DNA of 64,000 nucleotides, taken from positions 13,626 to 77,625 of IMG/VR virus record IMGVR_UViG_3300027533_000667; one strand, given 5' to 3'. Below are positions 9,237-18,485 of the stretch, one piece after another. Source of the stretch: a virus (Duplodnaviria > Caudoviricetes). Within the stretch, counting starts at the first letter, position 1. Each line of letters begins with the position of its first letter. Below the pieces are notes generated by a model. The model saw nothing but the letters and a program-made list of their open reading frames with translations, was not told the DNA's origin and did no database searches. The translations under genes and the position numbers were made by a program.

Positions 9237-9739
9237 ATAAAGATGACGGCACATATCTTCGTGGAACACGCCCACCACCGATGCTTCCATTCCGATCAGA
9301 AAAAGGCCGCAAGCGAATCATAGTAGCATCTAGTCCGACGTTTGGTAATTGGACGCTGATGGCAAAACGATTGGAAGCCTACACCGATGGCGTTCGTGAT
9401 CCTATTCTACTCATAGGCAGCTTTCATCAAAAGGGGGACAAACTTGCTGCCGATTGGTTTGGCTATTATTGGTATCTGTACCGCATCTATCATCTAAACA
9501 CTGAGAAGCACAAAGATCGTGCTGAGTTTGTTCGCAACATCGAAATGATTAAACAAGCGGACATGCTCATAGCCTTTCACAACGGCAATCCTCACCCGCC
9601 GCTGGATCATTTGATTCGAGTAGCCAAACTGCGAGAGTTGGAAGTGCATGTTGTGAAGTACAAACCAAAAGCATGGATCAGAGTAACGAAGATCAAGAAA
9701 CCAAAATTCAAAATCCGTATTAGGAGACATGGTGATTAA
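9233..9739 (+). CDS. divergent SLOG-fold (DUF2493-like) protein
   Basis: RIIVASS, GDKLAADW, AEFVRNIEMIKQADMLIAFHNG parallel the 1952 gene. Confidence 0.6.
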   Translation: MNKDDGTYLRGTRPPPMLPFRSEKGRKRIIVASSPTFGNWTLMAKRLEAYTDGVRDPILLIGSFHQKGDKLAADWFGYYWYLYRIYHLNTEKHKDRAEFVRNIEMIKQADMLIAFHNGNPHPPLDHLIRVAKLRELEVHVVKYKPKAWIRVTKIKKPKFKIRIRRHGD

Positions 9740-10259
9740 GTTACATCAGTTAAGCGACCCGATTGGACGGTCCTGCTATTTCACACTCAGCGCTGCATCC
9801 AAAGTCAAAACGTCGTTGGCGATGCCTGACAAACCGACATTGCCGATAATGGATACTCGGATGTTAGGTGCCAAGTTGATTCTCGAAGAAGCATTAGAGA
9901 CAATCAAAGCGCTTGGATTCCAGGTTCGTCTTGACAAGTATAATCTGTACGACACATTTGTAGACATAAGTCGCATATCATTCATGCCATATGTCAATCC
10001 AGACTCTTCCGATGAAGAGGCAAAACAGAAACGACTCTTGGATGTGATCGACGGTTGTTGCGACACTGCCTACGTTTCCGCCTACACTATGCTTATGTGC
10101 GGCGTTCCTGATCTTCCGCACTTCACAGAAGTGTGTGATGCCAACAATCGCAAGTTTCCTGAAGGCGTTGCAACACTCAACGAATACGGCAAGTACCAAA
10201 AACCCGAAGGTTGGGTTGGTCCCGACCACGCCCGAGTTATTGCGGAGTGCAGCAAATGA
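9729..10259 (+). CDS. MazG-like / PRA-PH-like all-alpha NTP pyrophosphohydrolase
   Basis: KLILEEALE...DVIDGCCDTAYV...EVCDANNRK...GKYQKPEGWVGPD. Confidence 0.8.
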   Translation: MVIKLHQLSDPIGRSCYFTLSAASKVKTSLAMPDKPTLPIMDTRMLGAKLILEEALETIKALGFQVRLDKYNLYDTFVDISRISFMPYVNPDSSDEEAKQKRLLDVIDGCCDTAYVSAYTMLMCGVPDLPHFTEVCDANNRKFPEGVATLNEYGKYQKPEGWVGPDHARVIAECSK

Positions 10260-10465
10260 AACAAACTCTAGATTCTTGCATGTATTTACTCGACCCACCG
10301 AAAGGATCAAACATCTATCAGGCGGTGGATTGGTTGCTTGAGGCTGTCAAAAACCCAAATCATTACAGAAAAGTGGTAGGATTGGTGTTTAACCATAAGG
10401 TTATCCGGTATTGGGATGGGGATACAGCAACCGACTTGCTGATAAAATACCATAAGGGAATGTAA
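10256..10465 (+). CDS. hypothetical protein
   Basis: ATGA overlap upstream, TAATG overlap downstream. Confidence 0.55.
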   Translation: MKQTLDSCMYLLDPPKGSNIYQAVDWLLEAVKNPNHYRKVVGLVFNHKVIRYWDGDTATDLLIKYHKGM

Positions 10466-11394
10466 TGGAACTTTACAAGCAGTATCGCCCGAAGCAATTC
10501 AACGACATCATAGGGCAGGATGATGTCGTTCGTGTCCTGCGTGCCTTTATCAAGAAAAGCAAAGTGCCGCACGCCATGTTGTTCAGTGGTCCGTCAGGTA
10601 CGGGCAAGACCACAGCTGCTAGAATCATGCGCAAGAAACTCAAATGCGGCAAGCGTGATTTCTATGAGATAAACGCTGCTGATAAGAATGGCATCAACGA
10701 CATTCGATCTATCGATTCTAGGATGCGGCAGTCACCAGGACCGGACAGTGAGTGCAAGATTTATCTGATCGACGAAGCACATCGACTCACACCTGATGCC
10801 CAAGGTGCAATGCTGAAGATGCTAGAGGATACGCCGTATTGGGTGTACTTCATTCTTTGCACCACGGACCCGCAACGGCTGAGGAAAGAGATACACACAC
10901 GCTGTACGCACATCAAGTTCAAAGACGTGCGGCCGAAAGATATGGACTCGCTGATAGAATATGTTTTGAGCGAAGAAGGTGCTCAAGATGTATTTCCAAA
11001 CGATGTTAAAGACAAGATCGTAGAAGTTGCCGATGGATCGCCACGAAAGGCATTGGTTCTTCTTGGGCAGGTGATCGATCTGAAAAGCGAAGACAATATG
11101 ATTGAGACGCTTGAGAAGTCCAATCTCCGCGCTCAAGGATTCGATATTGCACAAGCTTTGATATATGCCAAACCGTGGAAGGAAATAAGCAAGTTGGTTG
11201 AAGTGGTGGATGAGGAGCCTGAGACGGTAAGGCGAATTATCCTTGCCTACGCCGTCAAAGTGCTTCTAGGCGGCGGTAAGTTTGCAAGTAGATCATACAT
11301 CATCATAGAAGCATTTCGCGAAAACTTCTACGACTGCGGCAAGGCCGGACTCGCTGCGTCCTGTTTCGACGTAGTTCACGCTGGAAGGAAATAA
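10465..11394 (+). CDS. dnaX: clamp-loader AAA+ ATPase, DNA polymerase III gamma/tau-like
   Basis: YKQYRPKQFNDIIGQ, Walker A GPSGTGKTT, EINAAD, Walker B LIDEAH, AMLKMLED, ADGSPRKA. Confidence 0.85.
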   Translation: MELYKQYRPKQFNDIIGQDDVVRVLRAFIKKSKVPHAMLFSGPSGTGKTTAARIMRKKLKCGKRDFYEINAADKNGINDIRSIDSRMRQSPGPDSECKIYLIDEAHRLTPDAQGAMLKMLEDTPYWVYFILCTTDPQRLRKEIHTRCTHIKFKDVRPKDMDSLIEYVLSEEGAQDVFPNDVKDKIVEVADGSPRKALVLLGQVIDLKSEDNMIETLEKSNLRAQGFDIAQALIYAKPWKEISKLVEVVDEEPETVRRIILAYAVKVLLGGGKFASRSYIIIEAFRENFYDCGKAGLAASCFDVVHAGRK

Positions 11395-11421
11395 CCGATA
11401 TACTCTAAGGGAGGATCGACG

Positions 11422-11886
11422 ATGAGGTATTTGATCGTTCTGCTGTCCATGTCTTTCCTGGCAATCGGTGCGAATCCGCCTGAAACAAAAAGAACTGTTG
11501 TGCCTGTGCAAAAAGGAACTACAGTAGGGAGTCTCAGTACAGGCACAATCTTTGAAGACAATCCAAACGGCTGTTTGTTCATGCGGGTTGATCCGGTATT
11601 CCCACCTGCCGATAGTAGTTATGCTTTGTATGGAGTCCGAGAACAGCCGACCCGACTCGATCCTGCACGATTTGCCAAATCACCAGATTGGGTGAACAGC
11701 CCATACCTAGATCAAATTGCTGTTGTGCATTCTGGATTGATTCAAGCGCTAGATTTGCCTGAGCCGATATGGGCGATCCAGATCAGCCCTACCCCAGGCA
11801 TACTTCTCAAAATGTCGCCTGATACGTGGGTCTATCCTGTGTCGAGTGTTTCGTTTTCTGTCACCATTGCTAGAATCGAGGAGTGA
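11422..11886 (+). CDS. exported protein with signal peptide
   Basis: MRYLIVLLSMSFLAIGA-NPPE N-terminus; AGGGAGG SD. Confidence 0.6.
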   Translation: MRYLIVLLSMSFLAIGANPPETKRTVVPVQKGTTVGSLSTGTIFEDNPNGCLFMRVDPVFPPADSSYALYGVREQPTRLDPARFAKSPDWVNSPYLDQIAVVHSGLIQALDLPEPIWAIQISPTPGILLKMSPDTWVYPVSSVSFSVTIARIEE

Positions 11887-12167
11887 TTATGAGTCTTTCA
11901 TTTGATGTAGGCGATCTAGTAGCCCATCGTGGAAGTCATGCGCGGGCTGTTGTGTTGGAAGTAATTGAAGTATGCAAAAATCCAAAGCATTCGGATTTTG
12001 CCTGTAATGCAGTAATGTTGGATTGTGTACCAGAACCAACATATTGTCGTGTTTCATACGATTTCAACCAAACGTCCACAGAGTCAGTGATCTGTCTTGA
12101 CTTGCTAGATGACAGCGAAATGTTTGCAGATGATGAGCCTGAGGAAGACGAAGAGGAGGGTTTTTGA
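11883..12167 (+). CDS. hypothetical protein with acidic tail
   Basis: FDVGDLV... SH3-like start; operon context. Confidence 0.55.
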   Translation: MIMSLSFDVGDLVAHRGSHARAVVLEVIEVCKNPKHSDFACNAVMLDCVPEPTYCRVSYDFNQTSTESVICLDLLDDSEMFADDEPEEDEEEGF

Positions 12168-12637
12168 TGGATTCTGTCATCGATATTGACGATAGTCAAC
12201 TGGACGTAGAGTGGCTGAAGCAGCCGAAGAAGATGCTACTAGCAGGTCGGAAATTAGCAGATGCCAGATTGAAGTTCAACGAAGCAAAAGCAATGCTCGA
12301 TCTTGTAGAGGCAAATCTTAACTTAAAATGCAGGCAGAAGCCAGAGAACTTCGGTTTGGAAAAGGCGACAGATAAAGCAGTTGAATTTGCTGTGGTGACC
12401 CACGAAGATTACCAAAAAGCAGTCAGGAGGATGAACAAACGCAAGCATGAAATGGATTACGTCGAAGCCCTTGTAACCGCACTCCATCACCGGAAAGGAG
12501 CATTAGAAGGTCGAGTTCAATTGCTGGGTATGGAATTCTATGCCGAGCCTAGAGAAAGCAAGCACAGCCGAAGGGCAAGTGAGAAGATTGCAAAGAACAG
12601 TCGTAGAGGCATTAACCTTGACGATGAGGATGATTAG
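12167..12637 (+). CDS. UvsY-like coiled-coil recombination mediator
   Basis: IDIDDSQLDVEWLKQP...ALHHRKGALE pattern; sits next to the SSB and RecA-like genes. Confidence 0.45.
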   Translation: MDSVIDIDDSQLDVEWLKQPKKMLLAGRKLADARLKFNEAKAMLDLVEANLNLKCRQKPENFGLEKATDKAVEFAVVTHEDYQKAVRRMNKRKHEMDYVEALVTALHHRKGALEGRVQLLGMEFYAEPRESKHSRRASEKIAKNSRRGINLDDEDD

Positions 12638-12638
12638 C

Positions 12639-12878
12639 ATGAAAGCAATAGTCAGAGTGCCGATTCAAACATCGAAGGACGGCGGACCTGCAGAGCATAT
12701 AGATTTTGATAATACTGATCCACTGACTTTTGAATCTCCTGGATTTGGCGTAACTTACGAACGTCAAAGTGTGGATCATCTGCCGGTTCTAGTTCTGCAC
12801 TTCATTAGCGAGAATAAGAAAATCGTACATAGGCAAAGGTTCCCAGCAAAAGGCACAGGCATCGTTCTTGAAAGTTAA
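12639..12878 (+). CDS. hypothetical protein
   Basis: ATG after GAGGA. Confidence 0.5.
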   Translation: MKAIVRVPIQTSKDGGPAEHIDFDNTDPLTFESPGFGVTYERQSVDHLPVLVLHFISENKKIVHRQRFPAKGTGIVLES

Positions 12879-12910
12879 TTCGCCCAAACACCATCAATAG
12901 GATTTACGAA

Positions 12911-14152
12911 ATGAGCAAGAAAAGCCGAGCAGAGAAGAAGGAAAAGTTTGCATCCGCGAGCGACCGGCTCGCATTTCGAAAGGGGGTTGGTGAACGAACG
13001 GCGATTGCCGTGCCGGAAGGTGTCTCGTTCTTCGGCCCCAAGAAAGAAGGAACGTGGAAGATCGAAGTCATTCCATACAAAGTAGGCAAACGCAATCCGA
13101 ACAAGAAAGTAGAGAAAGGCAGCTATTACTACGAATTGACTTACTTCATCCATCCGCGGATTGGAGCGGACAACAATTCGTATTGCTGCCTGCAGCGCAC
13201 GTTTGGCAAGAAATGTCCGGTCTGTGAACATCGGATCAAGCTAGAGAAATCAGCAGAGTCGGAGGAAGAGAAAAAGCTAGTCAAGTCGCTCTATCCCAAA
13301 GAGCGGCAATTGTTCAACATCTTCGATCACGGTGAGCCGGAAAAGGGAGTGCAGATTTTTGAAATCTCATTCCACAACTTCGGCAAACATCTGGACAAAA
13401 AGATCAGGACGGCAGACGATGAGGATCGAGAACGATTGAATCAATTCTTCCATCCAACGAAGGGCCGAACGCTACGAATCACTGGCTCAGAAGAATCGAT
13501 GGGCAAACAGAAGTACATCGAATTCTCCGACATTGAATTCAAGAAGCGGTCTGAGCCGCTCGACGAAGCATTACTAGAAGAGGCTGTTGATCTTGAATCG
13601 CTGCCGATAGAGTTGGAATATGACGAGTTGAAGAAGATATTTCTGCAGAGCGGTGATGATGAAGATGATGACGAGGACGACGATGACAAGCCGAAGAAGA
13701 AAAAGAAAGCAAAAGATGACGACGAAGAAGATGATGAAGATGATGCCGAAGAAGATGAGGATGGCGATGAAGATGCAGATGATGAAGATGAATGGAGCAA
13801 AGGTGACTCGGTAGACTTTGTGTATCGTGGCAAGCGCATGAACGGCAAAATCAAACGATTGAATCGAAAGCGCGGACTTGCTGAGATCAAAGTTCCAGGC
13901 CAGGAACGTCTGTCAGTCATCGACATCGACGAATTGATGAAACCAAAAAAGAAAGGCAAGAAGCAGGAAGACGAAGAAGAGGATGAAGAGGAAGATGATT
14001 GGGATGATGCGGATGACGATGATGATGAAGACGATGATGAAGACGACGAACCAAAGCCGAAGAAGAAGAGCAAAAAGAAAAAGAAGAAAGCAGAAGACGA
14101 TGACGATGACGATGATGATGCCGACGACGACGATGATGATGATGATGACTGA
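12911..14152 (+). CDS. gp32-like single-stranded DNA-binding protein with very long D/E- and K-rich tail
   Basis: OB-like core with HPRIG..YCC...CPVCE zinc site and ERQLFNIFD; low-complexity acidic tail containing a small beta (SH3/KOW-like) insert. Confidence 0.7.
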   Translation: MSKKSRAEKKEKFASASDRLAFRKGVGERTAIAVPEGVSFFGPKKEGTWKIEVIPYKVGKRNPNKKVEKGSYYYELTYFIHPRIGADNNSYCCLQRTFGKKCPVCEHRIKLEKSAESEEEKKLVKSLYPKERQLFNIFDHGEPEKGVQIFEISFHNFGKHLDKKIRTADDEDRERLNQFFHPTKGRTLRITGSEESMGKQKYIEFSDIEFKKRSEPLDEALLEEAVDLESLPIELEYDELKKIFLQSGDDEDDDEDDDDKPKKKKKAKDDDEEDDEDDAEEDEDGDEDADDEDEWSKGDSVDFVYRGKRMNGKIKRLNRKRGLAEIKVPGQERLSVIDIDELMKPKKKGKKQEDEEEDEEEDDWDDADDDDDEDDDEDDEPKPKKKSKKKKKKAEDDDDDDDDADDDDDDDDD

Positions 14153-14218
14153 TCCACGATGGGGTCTGGTGTGGGGTCTGGTGCCGAGTGCGACGGCACC
14201 TGTTTTTAGGAGCATCAA

Positions 14219-14338
14219 ATGACAATCAGCGTACATATGGAACAAGTTTGTGTTTGGGTCTGCGCCATATTCGGCATCTTGATTATGCTTATGCTTAGCT
14301 ACTGGTATGTTCCTGTGCCTTTTGAACTTCTGGACTAA
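14219..14338 (+). CDS. small membrane protein (39 aa)
   Basis: AGGAG SD; MTISVHMEQVCVWVCAIFGILIMLMLSYWYVPVPFELLD. Confidence 0.4.
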   Translation: MTISVHMEQVCVWVCAIFGILIMLMLSYWYVPVPFELLD

Positions 14339-14589
14339 ACGAACACGCGCTGGTGGGGTGTTCTTCGAGTACATTCTCTATCGCAAGGCGTTCCAAGAAT
14401 ATTTTGATGAGCAGAAAAAAATAGATGCCGAGAAGGCAAAAACAAGTGCTGAGATACTCAAGTCTTTGAAGGAACACAAATGACTGCTGTTGCTTTGTGT
14501 TGTGATTGGAAAGGTGATTGGCAGGATGAAATCGCCAATCTGATTTGGCTAATACTATCACCAGGAATCAATCTATCCAGGTGCCTGCA

Positions 14590-15684
14590 ATGTCCATTGT
14601 AAAACGAATAAAGGCAGCAATGAAATCAAAAGAAACCAAACACGTAACCAAAGCTGAGGATTTGCTATCCACAGGATCGACTCTGCTCAATCTCGCCATG
14701 ACCGGACGCATTCGAGGCGGGATAGCAAAGTCCGATTATGTATTGGTGGTAGGAGATTCACAAGCCGGCAAGACATGGATAGGTTTGACTGCTTTGGCTG
14801 AGGCTGCCAACAACAAACACTTCGACAACTACGAACTGATCTACGACAATGTGGAGAACGGTGCCAAGATGGAACTGGAGCGATTCTTCGGTTCCAAAAT
14901 GGCAAAACGAATCCGCCCACCAGCTGGAACACGAGACGAGCCGGTATACAGCGAGACAGTACAAGAACTCTATTACAATCTTGATGATGCTCTAAGCGCC
15001 AAGAAACCATGCATCTATGTACTAGATAGTATGGATGCCTTGGACGCTGAAGAGGATATCGAGCAATTCGACAAAGAGAAGCGAGCGCATCGCAAAGGCA
15101 AAGAAACGACCGGCTCTTACGGTATGGCCAAGGCCAAAGCCAACAGCGGAAAGATTCGATCCATTCCACGCAAGCTGCGCAAGACACGTTCAATTGTCGT
15201 TTTCATAGCACAGACCCGCGATAAAGTCGGAGGGTTAATTCCAAACCAGAAGACTAGAGGCGGCGGTCGTGCAATGAAATTCTATGCCCACATTGAATGC
15301 TGGCTCTCGATCAAAAAAGACATTGAGAAGGATATCAAAATAGGAAGCAAGAAAAGCCGAGAACAGCAAGGAATAATTGCCAGGATCAAAGTTGAGAAGT
15401 CTCGACATACCGGACGAGAAAAGAAAGTCGATGTTCCAATCTATTGGTCGTTCGGCATAGATGATGTTGGATCGTGCGTTGACTTTCTAATCGAGCGAGG
15501 TCATTGGAGTAAGAAAGGATCGAACATCCACGCAGAAGACTTCGGCTTGTCCACGACAAAATCCAAACTGATTCGCAAGATCGAGAAGCGTGGCATGGAG
15601 CGTGAATTGCAAATGCTTGTTCTGAAAGTCTGGAAGTCCATTGACGAGCAGTTATCAATTCACCGAAAGAGCAAATACGAATGA
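14590..15684 (+). CDS. recA: RecA/UvsX-like recombinase
   Basis: STGSTLLNLAM, Walker A GDSQAGKT, YVLDSMDAL, IAQTRDKVG, GGRAMKFYAH, KVEKSR. Confidence 0.85.
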   Translation: MSIVKRIKAAMKSKETKHVTKAEDLLSTGSTLLNLAMTGRIRGGIAKSDYVLVVGDSQAGKTWIGLTALAEAANNKHFDNYELIYDNVENGAKMELERFFGSKMAKRIRPPAGTRDEPVYSETVQELYYNLDDALSAKKPCIYVLDSMDALDAEEDIEQFDKEKRAHRKGKETTGSYGMAKAKANSGKIRSIPRKLRKTRSIVVFIAQTRDKVGGLIPNQKTRGGGRAMKFYAHIECWLSIKKDIEKDIKIGSKKSREQQGIIARIKVEKSRHTGREKKVDVPIYWSFGIDDVGSCVDFLIERGHWSKKGSNIHAEDFGLSTTKSKLIRKIEKRGMERELQMLVLKVWKSIDEQLSIHRKSKYE

Positions 15685-16118
15685 CTAAGAAACAATTGCA
15701 AGAGTTTGTTCTATCTCTTGCTGAAGCAATATACTTCCGTTACGAGATTCTAGCACACCTAGCGGAGAAAAAGAAAATGCCAGTGATACATCTTGCCGGT
15801 CCTGCTGTCGGTTTGTACTTTGAAGCCGATCAAGAAGAGACAAGAGTGATCCAACGCTGCGTGATTTGCGGTGAAAAGCTGATGGAGAAATCAGTATCTA
15901 AAGGCAAAAGAAAACGAGCATCCTTTTTCAATGAAGGACAACATGTGATGGTAGATGATGAGCATAAGTACGGAGTGCTGTCTTTAGACTCTGGCATATT
16001 GCACAAAGACAGCTGCGCCTTTTTAGTGGAAGCGGAAGACGAGCCTTTATCTGAGCAGGATAAAAAGGCATTTGCTGCGGAGTCCGATGATTTCAGAGGG
16101 GATGATGATGAAGACTAA
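15681..16118 (+). CDS. hypothetical protein (CVIC...H..C zinc site)
   Basis: ATGA-coupled to the recA-like gene. Confidence 0.55.
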   Translation: MTKKQLQEFVLSLAEAIYFRYEILAHLAEKKKMPVIHLAGPAVGLYFEADQEETRVIQRCVICGEKLMEKSVSKGKRKRASFFNEGQHVMVDDEHKYGVLSLDSGILHKDSCAFLVEAEDEPLSEQDKKAFAAESDDFRGDDDED

Positions 16119-16138
16119 GACTTGGCTGAGGAGTAATC

Positions 16139-16735
16139 ATGCCTAGGGAATCTGCCGTATGCGAGCGGTGTGGGAAAGAATTCCAATACTATTCCAACAA
16201 AGTACGCAAGAAAGCAAGACTATGTTCTAGGAAATGCTTCGCTGACTTTGGAAAACAAAAGAATTGGCCTACGAATAAATGGATCGCTCGTAGATTTTGG
16301 ACCAATGTAAATATTGGCAAGCCTAATGATTGTTGGAATTGGAAAGGCACAAAGCGTCGCGGGATTTTCTCCATAGGAAGAACCTTTGCAACAAGCACCA
16401 GCAGATTTGCTATGATATTGCATCTAGGTAGATGGCTGGAAGATACTGAATGGGTGCTTCATGATTGTGATAATCCTAGATGTTGCAACCCCAATCATTT
16501 ATGGATAGGCACAGCACAAGATAACACGAACGACATGATGAGCAAAGGCAGACATAAGGTGCCTTTTGGAGAAGAGCATTGGAATAGTAAACTGCACGAA
16601 AAATCCATATACCAAATTCGCCGATTGTGGAAAACAGGAAGATGGTCTAAATCTGAATTGAGTCGGCTTTTTGATGTGTGTCATGCACTTATTGGCAAAA
16701 TCATTTCTAAAGAGATATGGAGGCACGTACCGTGA
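16139..16735 (+). CDS. free-standing HNH homing endonuclease
   Basis: N-terminal CERC..CSRKC, CWNWKG, VLHDCDNPRCCNPNHL, NTNDMMSKGR, C-terminal HTH. Confidence 0.85.
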   Translation: MPRESAVCERCGKEFQYYSNKVRKKARLCSRKCFADFGKQKNWPTNKWIARRFWTNVNIGKPNDCWNWKGTKRRGIFSIGRTFATSTSRFAMILHLGRWLEDTEWVLHDCDNPRCCNPNHLWIGTAQDNTNDMMSKGRHKVPFGEEHWNSKLHEKSIYQIRRLWKTGRWSKSELSRLFDVCHALIGKIISKEIWRHVP

Positions 16736-17590
16736 AAACAGAAACGTGGTTGATCTTTCGACATGTACAATCTTGCTTATCGTGCCTTGTTCACTACTGG
16801 CGATCTATCCCATGAGGGCGGACCTACAGGTGTCTTGTACGGCGTGTTCCGAGAGATCGTCAAAGTGCAAGAGAAGTTTGGAACGCATCTGTCTGCCTTT
16901 GCATTCGATCTAGGCAAGAGCAGACGATCAGATCAGTTTGATTGGTACAAATCCACACGTCGAAAGAATCGTGATCCTAAAAAAGGCGAAGTTATAAGCG
17001 TCATGAAAGAGCAAATTGAATCGTTGCGTCGGAATTATCTTGAACAGCTAGGCTACCCAAACATCCTTTATCAAGAAGGGATGGAGGCAGATGACATTAT
17101 GGCGTCAGCCTGTGACTATCTCAACATGAATCAGGACGCCATTCTTGTTTCAGGCGACGAGGATTTGTATCAGTTACTAAGTAATCGAATCTCGATCTAT
17201 CAGCCCAGATCACAACAGTATTTGACAAAAGAAAAGTTCGTGCGCGAGTATTGCATAAGTCCTCACGAATGGATTCAAGTGAAAGCCATAGCTGGTTGCG
17301 TCTCAGACGATATCCCCGGCATTAAAGGGGTCGGCGAGAAGACTGCAATCAAATGGATTCGTAATAAGATACAACATGCAGAGATTGATAAGTGGGTGCG
17401 CAGTAAGCAATACAAGATCAATATGGAACTTGTTGCTTTGCCCCATCCAGAAACTAAAAAATTCAAACTAACCGAACACAAACCTCCAACCAAAGAAGCA
17501 TGGATGGAGTTGATGGATAAGCTGGGGATGGCTTCAATGGCAGATCACGACCCGTCTGCTGCATCTAGGCATCTCTTTTCAGGACGGTAA
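16732..17590 (+). CDS. 5'-3' exonuclease / flap endonuclease (PolI N-terminal, T4 RNase H-like); needs a +1 shift at ~16756-16759
   Basis: GTG at 16732 (GGAGG SD, GTGA overlap) gives VKTETWLIF, then the +1 frame continues DMYNLAYRA; EADDIMAS, SGDEDLYQL, AGCVSDDIPGIKGVGEKTA. Confidence 0.85.
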
Positions 17591-17591
17591 T

Positions 17592-18284
17592 ATGTCAAAA
17601 GATCACTATGAATTCCTGGGCGTTTCTAAACTTGCCACAACAGAAGAAATCGAAAAGGCGTATTCCAAAATGGCAAAGCAGCATCACCCTGATCGTGGTG
17701 GAGATCGAAAGGTGTTCGAGCGGGCTGTAGTTGCCTACAGCACTTTATCCGATCCAGAGAAGAGGCAACGATACGACGAGTATGGAGAAGAACCCCAATT
17801 CAATACCTTCAACGATGTGATGGGTATTCTTGCTCAGGCGCTGGATCAGGTAGTTGAGCAATTAGTGGAACAAGGTTACGATCTCGACAAGGTGGACCTC
17901 GCCAAACATATGGATGTTGGTATGGTTCAAGTTCTGAATCAATTATCTGAAAGCAAATCATCCTTCCAGAAGAAGTTGAAAGGTTTTCAGAAGATGCTGA
18001 AGCGATGGAAGCGTGGCAAAAAGAAGAAAGATAAACCTAGCGAAATCAAACAGGTGATCGAGCATCAAATCGACAGACTCAAACATCAAATCACCTATAC
18101 AGACAACACCATCAAAGCAGCAGAAGAAGTAATACGAATATTTCGAGAACACGAATACGATTTCGACCAATCAAATTATACTCAGCGGCCCGGCAAATCC
18201 GGGTGGGTAACGTCTACTGTCTTCGATGCTTGGCTTTCTGGTGCGGATAAATTCAAATTCGATCCTCCAAGAGAATCAAAATAG
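17592..18284 (+). CDS. J-domain (DnaJ-like) protein
   Basis: DHYEFLGV...AYSKMAKQHHPDRGGD...LSDPEKRQRYD with HPD motif. Confidence 0.9.
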   Translation: MSKDHYEFLGVSKLATTEEIEKAYSKMAKQHHPDRGGDRKVFERAVVAYSTLSDPEKRQRYDEYGEEPQFNTFNDVMGILAQALDQVVEQLVEQGYDLDKVDLAKHMDVGMVQVLNQLSESKSSFQKKLKGFQKMLKRWKRGKKKKDKPSEIKQVIEHQIDRLKHQITYTDNTIKAAEEVIRIFREHEYDFDQSNYTQRPGKSGWVTSTVFDAWLSGADKFKFDPPRESK

Positions 18285-18296
18285 GAGATTTGACAA

Positions 18297-18485
18297 ATGA
18301 CACCATACGAATACATGATGGTCGAATTTGAATGTTTCATGCCAGAAGTAATCGAATCAAAAATGAAGGAACTTGGCACTGTTGGTTGGTTAGTCGAGCA
18401 TGTGTTCGATCAGCAAAAACCGAAGGTCCATATCCTTCTGACTCGACAATCTAATGAGTACGCCATCGCGGAGCCTATCAAATGA
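18297..18485 (+). CDS. small protein (DUF4177-like)
   Basis: YEYMMV...MKELGTVGWLV pattern. Confidence 0.5.
   Translation: MTPYEYMMVEFECFMPEVIESKMKELGTVGWLVEHVFDQQKPKVHILLTRQSNEYAIAEPIK

Noticed and set aside
14160-14190. Tandem GGGGTCTGGTG x2 after the SSB gene
   Set aside because: Only two short copies, not found elsewhere, and no function can be supported.
13441-14374. Long antisense poly-Ser/His/Ile ORFs
   Set aside because: They are shadows of the GAT/GAC/GAA repeats in the SSB tail.
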